In this document: one piece after another, positions 20,156-30,685 of the stretch
Layout of the letters: every line of letters begins with the position of its first letter
Numbering within the stretch: position 1 is the stretch's first letter
Assembly: GCA_001275005.1 (NCBI GenBank)
Contig: JWZX01003326.1
Coordinates: forward strand, 1 to 32,351
Origin: Chrysochromulina tobinii
Taxonomy: Eukaryota
DNA: 32,351 nucleotides
Direction of reading: 5' to 3'
Notes under the pieces: model-generated
What the model was told of the DNA's origin: nothing
The model's input: the letters and a program-made list of their open reading frames with translations, nothing else
Databases searched by the model: none
Translations under genes and position numbers: made by a program

Positions 20156-23100
20156 ATGGGAGACTCTCAACAGGTGAACAACCTGCTGCAGCAGCTCGCC
20201 CGGCAAACCGCGTCGCTCGCGCAAGTTCAGGCGGAGTGGGAGCGCCGGCAGTCGGCGACTCCCAGGTCGCTCCGGGTGCGCCTCGGCGATGCAAACTATG
20301 AGGTGCGGCTCGAAGCACTTGAGGAGCTGGCCGAAGCCTTGGGCAACGAGGATCTCTCGCTTGGCGATACAACCATCATTGCGCGGCGCCTGCGCGAGGA
20401 GGGTTCGCTCGCACGGCTCGCCCTGCTTGTGCAGGATGACTCAAATGAGGTGCTCACAAGGGCCCTCTACTGCCTTGGTAACTTGTGCTCCGACTCCTTC
20501 GACACGGCGAGCCGCGAGACGAAGAAACTGCTCTTCGAGCGGGACGGCAGCGGTGCGCGAGCGCGGCGGGGCGTGACGAGCGCTGACCGCTAGCCCACCA
20601 TCGCGAGCCTACCCGCGACCTCCCCCACACCTCCCCTACACCCGTCTGAGCACACGCGAATTATCCCCCACCTTTCGACTCCCGCCCCGCCCGCCCCGCC
20701 CGTCCCGCCCGTGATCTCAGGCATCAGCGGCGCGCTCCTGCGCTGCCTGGCCTCGCCCGACCTCGAGGTGGTCACGTACGCGGCGGGGCTGTGCCTCAAC
20801 CTCTCCAATGAGCACATGTGGTGCCAGTTACTCCTCGAACAGGGTGGCGCGGACCGCTTCGAGGCGATGGTGGCCCATGACGACTCGCTCATCGCGCGCT
20901 ACGCGGCCAGCACGCTGGTGAACATGTCGGCGCGAATCCCGGGGCTCGAGCTCATCCCAACCGTCGAGCGCGACATCAGAAAGTACGGGGACCTCGTCAA
21001 AGCCGTCGAACTCGGGCTAGTGCCTTCGGGCTCGATTGAGAATTGGAGGCCGGCCGCCAATGTCGTGGCGGCGATCGCCGCGCGCGCCTCGCCTCGTGGG
21101 AAGAAGGAGATGCAGGCGGCGGCAGCCCTCTCGCGGGTGCGTAAAGAGGCGGAGATGGCGGCCTTCAAGGCGGAGCAGGAGCGGCAGGTGGCCGAGAGGC
21201 GACGGGCCGAAGAGGAGGAGGCGGCGTATCTTCTGAGGCTCGAGGCTGAGGCGAAGCGCGAGGCGCAGCTGGCGGAACGCGAGCGCCTGAGGCTCGTGGC
21301 CGAGGCGAAGAAGAAAGCAGAGGATGAGGCGGCGGCAGCGACCAAGGTGCAAGCCATCACGCGCGGCCGGTCGGATCGCGAACTGACAAAGGGCCTGAAG
21401 GCGAAGAGAGCGGCAGAGCAAGCGGAGGTGGAGCGCAAGCAGCTTGAGGCGGAGGCGAAGAAACGCGCCGCGGACGAGGCGAAACGACGCGCCGCGCTGG
21501 ATGCGGAAGAGCGCAAGCAGCTTGAGGCGGCGGAGAAGGAGGCGCAATTGGCACGCGAGAGGGAGGAGGCAGAGGCGAAGGCGGCGGCCGAGTTGAAGGC
21601 GGCGGCTGATAAGGCGGCGGCCGAGGCGAAAGCGGCAGCCGACGCAAAGGCGGCGGCCGAGGCGAAGGCAGCGGCCGAGGCGATGGCCGCACGGATGGCA
21701 GCGGAGAACCATGCGGCTACGAGTATCCAAGCCACATTTCGTGGCCGGAGAGATCGCGGGCGCGTGGCGGTCATCCGTCGACAGAACGTCGTCGAGGCCG
21801 ACGCGGCCACCACCATTCAGGCGCACGCACGCGGCCATGCGGACCGTTGCATGGTGGCGAAGCAGCGCGCTCAGATCCTCGCGCGGAGTCGGCTGCACAA
21901 GGGGATCTCTACAGTGAAGCTCACCACGGACATGGAGGCACAAGCCAAGCAGACGGAGCTCGAACGTCGTGCAACGACCAAGATTCAGGCGCGCGTCCGC
22001 GGGCGCTCGGCACGCAAGAAGGTCAAGGCACTCCGTGCCCAAAATGAGGTTGAGCGCCAGGCGGCGACGACGCTGCAGGCGTTCGCGCGCGGGATGCAGG
22101 ACCGCGCGTACGTGTCGGCCATCCGAGCGCAGATTCACAAGGAGCTGCGCGCCGCCATTCGGATGCAGAAGCATGCACGTGCCATGGTCGCGCGGCGGCG
22201 TGTGGCGGCCATGCGGGGGCAGCGTGCCGCCGAGGCTGCCACGCTGCTCGTGGTGGAGGCGGCGCATGCGGCCAAGGAGGCGGCGACGCATGCGGCTGAG
22301 GGGGAGGCGGCGGCGGCGACAGCGGCAGGCACGGCGATGGCTGCCATGACGCAGGCCACGGCCGCAGAGGCTGAGGCGCTCAAGGCCAATGAGAGTGCGC
22401 TCCGCGCCCAAAAGGAGAAGCAAGTCGATGAGTGTACGGCGGCCTCGAGCAAGGCAGTTGAAAGCGTCGCGGTGGCCGCGGCGGCAGTGGAGGCCACGGA
22501 ATCGGTCGTGAGCGCCGCGACCACAAGCGCAACCGCGGCGGCCGAGGCCTCTACGACCGCCCAAACCGCGCTTGCAAAGGCCAAGGAGTGCTTCGCCCAG
22601 GCGACGCACGACCCGCTGCCCTTGGGCACACTGGAGGCGCCGGCTCGCGCCACTCGCGCGGCGGCGATGGAGAGGCTGGAGGCGGCTGCGGAGTCGGCGG
22701 CCGCGGCGGCGCAGTCGGCGCGTGCGGCGGCGGCGTCCCTGGCCAAAGTAGAGATGGCCGTGGCGCGTGCCGGCCAGGCTCATGCCGCCGCCAAGGAGGC
22801 GGCAGTAGCCGCGAGCGCCGCGAGCGCCGCCACGCGCGCGACGGCTGCCAAGGAGCGCCTCAAGAAGCATGCGAGGGCGCAGGTCCTCGCGGCGGGGCTC
22901 CGACTCAAAGCCGAGGAGCTTTCGCGCCAGCGTGCAGAGGCGGCGCGCCGGGCGGCGGCTGCGCGCGCGGGGCTCCGAAAGGCGGGAAGGACGACCGCGT
23001 TCCAGGCGGGTCTCAATCTCAGGGCACAGGAAATGGAGAGGGAGCGTGCACAGGCGGCGGCCGAGGCGGCGGCCGTGGTGGCCGAGGCGGCCGAGGTTGC

Positions 23101-26100
23101 GCTTGCAGCCAGCGAGAGGGCGATGACGGCGGCGGCGGAGGTGGTCTCCGGGGCGGCGGCAGCTGCACAGTCGGCCGCGGAGGCGGCGGACGCTGCAGCA
23201 GAGGCGATGCGTGCGCAAGCGAATGCGGCGGCTGCGGCGGCGACTAAGGACGTTGACGGCTGCATGCAGGCCGCCAAGGCGGCGGGGGCGGCCGCTGCCA
23301 AGGCTGCGACGTCGGCCGCGGCCGCCCAGAGCAAGGTGGCGCCGGCCGTAGAGGGATCGGGCGTGAGCACGGCCGCCGAGCGCGAGGTTGGGGCAGCGCT
23401 GGTGAAGGCCGCCGAGCACGTGGCGAAGGCGTCGCGCGACCCGATGCCCGATGGGCCTGCGGGCGTCGTCGCACTCGAGACGCAGACCGCGGCAAAGAGC
23501 TTCGAAGCGGATGTCAAGATGGCAGCAGTGTCGGTGACCGAGGCGGCGAGGGCGGCGAGCACTGGGATGGTGGAGGCGAAGCAGGCTGCCCACGCGGCCA
23601 CTGACTCCGCGGCCAAGGCCACGGCGGCCGCGGAGGAAGCTGCCGCGATTGTGGCCAAGGCGCGTAAGGAGCAGGCCAAGCGACGCATGCTCAAAGCCGG
23701 CCGGACAGGTGTGATGACGGCCCACCTCCAGAAGCGTGCCGAAGAGATCGAGGCTGAGCGGCAGGCCGAAGCGGCACGCCATCGATGGAAAAAGGGGGGG
23801 CGCGCCGCACTCATGACGGCAAGCCTACAGGCGAGGGCAGAGGAGCTCGAGAGAGATCGCGCCAAGTTTGCGGCCGAGGCTGCCGACGAGGCAGCGCAGG
23901 CGGCGGCCGCGGCGCAGGATGCCGCGCGCAAGGCGCGAGCGGCTGCGGCGGCAGCTGCCACAGCCGCCACCGCCGCGGCAGAGTCGATGGCGTTGGCATC
24001 CGCTTGTGCCATGGATGGCGACAAGGCACGGGAGGCGGTCGACAAAGCGGCTACCACCAACGATCTGGGCCGGGCGATGGTGATGGCCCGCACCGCGTGC
24101 GCGGCGGAGGCGACGGCGAGCGCGGCGGCAGAGCGGGCCAGGGGCGAGGTGGAGCCTGCACGGCAGGGTGCAGAGGCAGCCAAGATGGCGGACGAGGAGG
24201 CGACCGAGGCCCTCAGCAAGGCAGCCGAGGGTGCCGAGAAGGCGTTGCGCGACCCGATGCCCGATGGGCCTGCGGGCGTCGTCGCACTTGAGACGCAGAC
24301 CGCGGCCGAGACGAGCTCCGAAGAGGCCACCAAGGCGTCGGTGGCGGCGTCGAGCGCCTCGGTGGCGGCGGAGACTTGCCTAGGTGAGACGAAGGCCTGT
24401 GCGGCAGCCGCGGCGGAGTCAGCGACCCATGCGCATGCCTCGGCTCAGCGGGCTGCCGAGCGAGCCCAGCTGATCCTCGAGGCTGTGGTGGCTGAGAGGG
24501 CAAGGGCTGTGGGCGAGGCGATGGCCGAGGCCAGGCAGGAGGGCGAGGCGGCCAAGGCGGCGGCACAGAAGGCGGCAGAGGCCGCATCCACCGTTCAGAT
24601 GGCCTCTGACGCTTCCCAAAAGGCGGAGGCGGAGTCCCAAAGTGCCCGCGAGAGCGCCCTCAAGGCAGCCGAGGCACTGCAACTCGAGACGCTCCTTACA
24701 CACGCAGCGGCGAGCTATGAAGCGGCGGGCCGAGCGGCGGCGGCGGCGGCGGCGGCGGCGGGCGGCTTCGAACCGGTGGCCAAGAGCGCGGAGGAGGCAG
24801 AGGCGGCGCGCGCAAACGCTGCGACCGCGCACGCGGCCGCCGACGCGGCACGCGGGAGCGCCGTGACGAGCGCCGAGGGGCCGACCTCCGCTGACAGCGC
24901 CGTGACGAGCACCGTGTCGAGCGCCGTGACGAGCGCCGAGGGGCCGACCTCCGCTGACAGCGCCGTGACGAGCGCCGAGACGAGCGCCGAGACGAGCGCC
25001 GAGGGGCCGACCTCCGCTGCTGGCGGCGAGGGCACCGCGCCCGCCGCCGAGGACGGTGGCGAAAGCAACACGGCTGCCGCCGTTGACGTTCCGAATCCGA
25101 GCGCTTCGGAGCCTTACCAAGCCGCCCGCACGGCCGTCGCCACGCGCCTCGCCGACGCGCTCACAGGCTTGAGCGTCTTAGGGGCGCTGAGTTGGCTCGA
25201 CCCTGGAGTGGTTACGTTTGCCCAGTTGACGTCGCCGTTGCTGATTTGCAAGGGCGAGGCGAAGGCGAACGCCAAGGATGCTGCGGCTGCGGCGGGCGCG
25301 GCCGAGGCGGCCGCGGCCGCGGCGGCCGCCTCGAGCGTCTCAGCGCAGTCTGCCATCGGTGCAGCCGCGTTGTCATGCACGGCCGCCAAAATGGCGGCCG
25401 AGGTAGCGACCGGTAAGGCGCAGGAAGTGCTCGAGACACTCGTGGCCGAGGCGGCCGTGAGTGTGAGCACGGCGGCGCGCGCGACGCAGCAATCAGATGC
25501 GAAGGTGGCGACCTTCGCGGCCCAAACACTCAAGGCGCTCGAGGCCGTGCAGTCGACGGCACTCGAGACGGCGGCCGCCGAGGCAGACACCCTCGCGGCG
25601 CTCGACACGGCGCTCGTGGAGGCGGCCGAGTCGACACGCGTGCGCGAAAAGTGCCTCGGGCCGGGCGAGGCGTATCATGCGGACTCGAGCCTCGCCAAAG
25701 CCAAGGAGGCGGAGGCAGCCGCGAAGCGCGCCGTCGCGGGCGCCGCGGCCACGGAGCATAAGCTCAAGGCAGTCGAAGCGTCCGAGAAGCTCACTTGCGA
25801 GGCCGACGAGGACGCGCAGGCGGCGCTCGCTTTAGGCAATGGGAGCTTGCAATTGGTGCTCGAGCGCGCCGCGCTGGCGACTGGCGCGCGGATGCCGTGG
25901 CTGGCCCCTCAGGAGGCTGGGAAGCCTGTGAGCGCCGCGGCGGGCGCGAGCGTCGACGAGGCCGTTCGGATGGCCCTGGAGGCTGTGAAGCCCGTGAGCG
26001 CCGCGGCGGGCGCGAGCGTCGACGAGGCCGTTCGAATGGCCCTGGAGGCTGTGAAGCCTGTGAGCGCCGCGGCGGGCGCGAGCGTCGACGAGGCCGTTCG

Positions 26101-29100
26101 GATGGCCCTGGAGGCCGCCATAGCCGCAGAGAGATCTGCGAGCACCAGGGCGGCTGCCGCGGATGCGCTCGCGCAAGCGAGGCAGATGACTCAGGCGGCC
26201 GTCGAGCAGGTGACTGATGACCCTTGAGGACCCTTGAGGACCCTTGATGACCCTTGATGACCCTTGATGACCCTTGATTGCCACTGATGATCACTGCTCG
26301 GCTCCGTCGAGCAGGCGACCTTGGCAAAGTGCAGCGCCGTGACCGCGGCCACGCAGGCGCAGGAGGCCCTCGAGGCGGCCATAAAGCGTAAGTTGGGCGA
26401 CGTGGCCCTCGGAGCGATCTTGGCGATGAGCCGCGCCATTCGAGCGTACCGCAAGCGCAAGCGACGCACGCTCGAGATTAACAAGTACGCTGCCGAGAGC
26501 TGGGGGAGCCTCCAAAGCCCTGCATGCACGTGCTCACCACGGCGCCCTTTCGTCACGAGCGCTGGGGGAGCCTCCAAAGCCCTGCATGCATGTGCTCACC
26601 ACGGCGCCCTTTCGTCACGAGCGCTGGGGGAGCCTCAAGAGCTCTGCATGCACGTGCTCACCACGGCGCCCTTTCGTCACGAGCGCTGGGGGAGCCTCCA
26701 AAGCCCTGCATGCATGTGCTCACCACGGCGCCCTCTCGTCACTGACGCGCCGAGCTGCCTGCATGCATATGCTCACTACGGCGCCTCGTCCCCCTCCCCA
26801 CAGGTACGCAGCCGAGCTCTGGGGGGGCCTCTCGGGCGGCGCGCTCGCCGTGGTCGAGGCGACGCGTACCGCCTTCGATGCGTGCTGGGTGCATGCAATG
26901 CGCCGGTTGCATGCGGCCGTTCGGATCCAGGCGCTCTTCAGGTGGAAGGTAGCACACCGCCGGGTAGTGGCCGAGCAGGCAGCGCGCTACGCGGCAGCGT
27001 GCCGGAAGCAGTCGGCATGGCGCGGCTGGCTCGGGAGGCGGATACGCATGCGGCTCGAGGCCCAGATCCGTGCGCACGTCCAACGGATTCAGACGTTTCA
27101 GCGCATGCTCGTGGTGCGTCGCTACTACCGAGTGCGCCTACCAGTGATTCGGACGGATCAGATGCGCATGCGCCTCGCGCGCGCGTGCACGATCAGCGCC
27201 ATCAGCAACGTGCAGGCGGCGCTCAAGGTCGAGTACCAGCGCGCGTATTCGCTCTCGATGGCCAAGCGGGCGGCCGAGGTGCTCGCCCAAGCTGCCGAGG
27301 ATGTCGTCGCCACTGAGGCCGATGCGCACGCTGCCGCGCTCGCCGGTGCCGAGGCAAGTGCGGCGGCGATCGAGGCGGCCAACGGCGCGCTCGCCGCCGA
27401 GCGCGAGGCCCTCGACGCCAAGCAGAGGGCCCTCGAGCAGGTGAGTCTCGTCAATTGCCTCTGATTGCCTCTGATTGCCTCTGATGGCCACTGATGGCCA
27501 CTGATGGAGCCCCCATGCCCCTCGAGCATGTGAGTCTCGTTAATGGCCTCTGATTGCCTCTGATTGCCTCTGACTGCCACTGACGGAGCCCCCATGCCCC
27601 TCGAGCAGCTCTTGGTGCCCTTTGACGCGAGCTTGGGATACGTGACGGCGTCCAAAGGGCTCGACCAGGTCGATCTATGCGCCGTCAAGGCTTCTCTCGC
27701 CGAGGCGGCGGCGAACGAGGTCGTCGGGCACGCCCAGCAGGCGGTCGATTGGGCGGTGCTCGCCAGCCGCCATGCGAGCGCGGCGCGTACGGCCAACGAG
27801 GCCGCCGAGGCGGCCGTGCTGCAGGTGAGTCTCGTCAATTGCCTCTGATGGCCTCTGAGGGCCTCTGAGGGCCTCTGAGGGCCTCTGATGGCCTCTGATT
27901 TGCCGAGGCGGCCGTGCTGCAGGTGCGCTTCGCGCGCAAGCTCATCGTCGTGCTACTCGGCCAGAGCACGGGCAAGACCTTCCAGGCCATCTTTCAGCCA
28001 AACGACGCGATTGGCCAGCAAGCGCTGCAAGTCTTCAAGGCGGCGCAGGCGGACGCGGCGCGCGCCGAGAGGGCGGCCGCGGCCGTCGGCGCGAATGCTG
28101 GCAACTCGACGCGCAACGCGCACCGCGCCGAAACGGCGGCCGCGCGCGCGCAGAAGGCGCTCAGCACGGCGCGCGACGCGGCGGACCTGGCGGCGCAGCA
28201 GGCTGTGAACGCAGTCGTGCTGTCTGTGAAGCGCGCGCAACGCATCCGATCCTCGCTCTTCCACAACGACTTGGACGCCACCGCCGTTTTCGGCGAGCCT
28301 TCGCCGCCGCTCATCTCACCACGCACCAAGAACAGCTCGCCACAACGCTCCAGCTCGCCGCCCCGCTCAGCGACGCGCTCGTCGATGCGCAGCGCGCACG
28401 CCGGCGGTGGTTCCACGCTCGGCGGTGGCAGCTTCGCGCCGCCGCAATTCGAGCCGCCGCCGGCGCCGCTCTTCCGCGAGGGCTCGTTGGCGGCGGAACT
28501 GGCGGCGAAACATGCGCCGCCGCCGCCCACGCCGCCCCTCCCCTCATCCCCCCGCTCGCCCTCCCCCTCATTGGATCCTTACCCATCATACCCATCGGAC
28601 TCGGACACAGAGTTGGGGCACCGTCCCTCACCCAGCGGCCGCTCCAACCAGCCCCCCGCCCACGACGGCGCGCCCTCGCCCAGCGGCCGCTCCAACCAGC
28701 CCCCCGCCCACGACGGCGCGCCCTCGCCCAACGGCCGCTCCAACCAGCCCCCCGCCCACGACGGCGCGCCCTCGCCCAACGGCCGCTCCAACCAGCCCCC
28801 CGCCCACGACGGCGCGCCGACGCCCCGCCCGCCACGGCGCGCGCGCGCTCCCGCGGTGGTGGGCGCCGATTTCGTCAGGCTCGAGGACGGGAGCATTGCG
28901 CTCGTCGATCTGGTACGCGACGATCGAGGGCCCGTCTTGGCGCCGCTCAAGCCGAAGCCGTACACGGGCGGCCTGTCTAGGCAAGGCTCCAGAGGTGCGC
29001 TGACGTATGCTGGTACACATGGCGATCATGCATGCACGTGCTCACCACGGCGCCTCGTCCCCCTCCCCACAGGTACACATGGCGATCGGAGTGCTGGCAC

Positions 29101-30685
29101 GGCGGCGGGAACTCCCATATTAGGAAGTCCAGACAAGCCGTTGCCCCCTGTGCGCCATCCTTCCCAAAGCCTTGGCGCGACGCCCCGGCAACAGGCATCC
29201 CATATTAGGCAACAGGCATCCCATATTAGGCAACAGGCATCCCACGCCACCGCGCGCCCTGCCACGAGCTGGGTGCCTACGCCAGCGCCTCTGGCGGGAT
29301 TGCACGCCACCGCGCGCCCCGCCACGAGCTGGGTGCCTAAGCCCGCGTCCCTCGCGTCCCTCCCGCCTCGCGACGCGACGGCCTCCGCGGCGACAGGGCC
29401 GTCCCATCCGGCGTCCCATCCGACGTCCCATCAAGGAGCACCCATGGGGCGGTATGCGTGGGAGAACCAGGGACTACGTGCGCTCCCCTCGAGTATGTAC
29501 GAGCGGGTGGTGACGGCCAGCCGCGAGGGAATGGCGACTCCGCAAGCGCGCTCGGCGGCGTCCACTCCATACCATGCCAAGCCATACGAGCTCGATCGAT
29601 CTCGATACGATCTCGAGGCGGGCCTCGAGGTCGAGTGGCCAACGACGTCCATGCCGTCCGTACCCTCTGCCCAGCCTCACTCGGCCAACAGGGCTGCGAC
29701 GGGCCGCTCGGTGCGTCCCACCGCCACGTCGAGCGCCGTGTCGAGCGCGGGGCTACAGCTCGACCCGGAGATTTTCGCGAGCTACACGGGGCCACAGCAC
29801 GAGACGCGCCCGCCCACGACGGCGGACGGCAAGCCGCTGGGCACGCCGCAGCCCCAGCTCGCCGCGCCGCGTTGGGCGCGCGCTTCGGTCGCGCAGAGGA
29901 TGGAGAAGGCGAGCGCCGACGGGCGGCTCCCCGCGCTGCTCTCGCCGGCAGACCACCGCACGTGGAGCTTCGAGCAAGGAGACTTCGAGAAGGCCGAGCG
30001 CCGTTTCGAGCGCCAGGATCGGCGCGAGCGGCGCCTGCAGCGCCGGGCGGCGCGCCAGGCAGCGGCCGAGCGCCGTGACGGGCGCACCGCGGAGGGGCGG
30101 CACTCAAATCCTCAGCCGACCCACCTACATGGAGACGCGGAGATGTGGACTGGGGCTGGCCAGATGCAGCCAGATGCAGATGCAGCCAGATGCAGCCAGA
30201 TGCAGCCACCGCCCTCGCCCTCGTATCGACCCCGGACGACGCCGATCGACGAAGAGCCCGAAGGGTCCAGGTACTTTGACGGCGACGACGAGGGCGACGA
30301 GGGAGGCGACCGGACGACCGACGAAGAGGCGATCGACGAGGAGGAGCGCTTCCTAATTAGGGATGAGCGCTTCCTAATTAGGGAGGAGCGCTTCCTCGTC
30401 GACCAATACGGCCCCCGGATGCACCCAGTGCCGCTCTCGTCGGTGTCGCCACGGCCGCCAGGGCACGGCCACTCGCCGCCCAACACGGCGCCCATGCATG
30501 CACACAGCCCACGCAGGCGGCGCAACGCAGGGCGCGCAGCTGCACCGCCGGCGGGAGGGATGCTGTCCCAGCAGGCACAAGGACAAGCACAGCCGCGCGG
30601 CCGAACGCCTGCAAGCTTCGCGTCGTATGATGAGGCTGCCATGTGGCTCGGCGCCCGGCCGCGCGTGCTCACAGCGCCGGCGTGA
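20156..30685 (+). CDS. Giant protein, ~3,203 aa: N-terminal ARM repeats, charged coiled coil, ~9 IQ calmodulin-binding motifs, long Ala-rich helical repeats, Pro/Ser-rich disordered tail. Predicted exons 20156-20552, 20721-26209, 26315-26484, 26804-27440, 27609-27824, 27923-29012, 29073-30685
   Basis: GT-AG introns join the 145-, 1838-, 331-, 292-, 94- and 923-aa ORFs in frame (exon total 9,612 nt). IQ motifs include VQAITRGRSDR, IQATFRGRRDR, IQAHARGHADR, IQARVRGRSAR, LQAFARGMQDR, MQKHARAMVAR, IQALFRWKVAH and KQSAWRGWLGR. The ARM-like segment is LARLALLVQDDSNEVLTRALYCLGNL. Confidence 0.75.
20553..20720 (+). other. Spliceosomal intron (168 nt, phase 1)
   Basis: GTGCGC donor and a C-rich tract ending TCTCAG. 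Removal joins ...RDGS|GISGALLRCL in frame and skips the stop at 20591-20593. Confidence 0.75.
24857..25020 (+). repeat. Coding repeat SAVTSAEGPTSAD / SAET
   Basis: Three copies of ACGAGCGCCGAGGGGCCGACCTCCGCTG interleaved with 12-nt units. Confidence 0.85.
25922..26115 (+). repeat. 66-nt coding tandem repeat x3 (KPVSAAAGASVDEAVRMALEAV)
   Basis: Units start at 25922, 25988 and 26054 and are nearly identical. Confidence 0.9.
26210..26314 (+). mobile_element. Introner-like intron (105 nt), 10-nt repeat type
   Basis: GT...AG. The body is (CCCTTGATGA/CCCTTGAGGA)x6. CCGTCGAGCAG occurs at 26199-26209 (exon end) and again at 26304-26314 (intron end). Removal restores the frame (VEQ|ATLAK). Confidence 0.7.
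26485..26803 (+). mobile_element. Introner-like intron (319 nt), acceptor-carrying type, with four internal 62-nt tandem units
   Basis: It starts GTACGCTGCCGAGAGCTGGGGGAGCCTC, a degenerate copy of the downstream exon start GTACGCAGCCGAGCTCTGGGGGGGCCTC. Units begin at 26499, 26561, 26623 and 26685. It ends ...CCTCGTCCCCCTCCCCACAG. Removal gives INK|YAAELW in frame. Confidence 0.7.
27441..27608 (+). mobile_element. Introner-like intron (168 nt), a tandem dimer of the GTGAGTCTCGT 10-nt repeat element
   Basis: GTGAGTCTCGTCAATTGCCTCTGAT head, then CTGATTGCCT/CTGATGGCCA repeats. CCCTCGAGCAG occurs at 27430-27440 and 27598-27608. A second element copy starts at 27530 after CCCTCGAGCAT. Confidence 0.75.
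27825..27922 (+). mobile_element. Introner-like intron (98 nt), GTGAGTCTCGT 10-nt repeat type
   Basis: The first 25 nt are identical to the 27441 intron. The body is (GCCTCTGAKK)x6. A perfect 21-nt copy of the upstream exon end (27804-27824 = 27902-27922) supplies the AG. Confidence 0.8.
28625..28816 (+). repeat. 48-nt coding tandem repeat x4 (PSPSGRSNQPPAHDGA)
   Basis: Nearly identical units with period 48 from 28625. Confidence 0.9.
29013..29072 (+). mobile_element. Introner-like intron (60 nt, in frame), acceptor-carrying type
   Basis: A 44-nt insert (29028-29071) lies between perfect 16-nt direct repeats GGTACACATGGCGATC (29012-29027 and 29072-29087). Positions 29030-29072 match 26761-26803 at 40 of 43 nt. 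Confidence 0.75.

Noticed and set aside
20548..20736. CAGCGGTGCGC at the donor versus CAGCGGCGCGC near the downstream exon start, as another target duplication
   Set aside because: Short, imperfect, offset from the acceptor and GC-rich; the intron shares no core with either family.
21017..24333. Long minus-strand ORFs (921 aa, 517 aa)
   Set aside because: Antisense shadows of the Ala-rich IQ gene with no domain signal.
26499..26746. 62-nt repeat array as a CRISPR array
   Set aside because: The units are contiguous and near-identical with no unique spacers, there are no cas genes, and the array lies in a eukaryotic intron.
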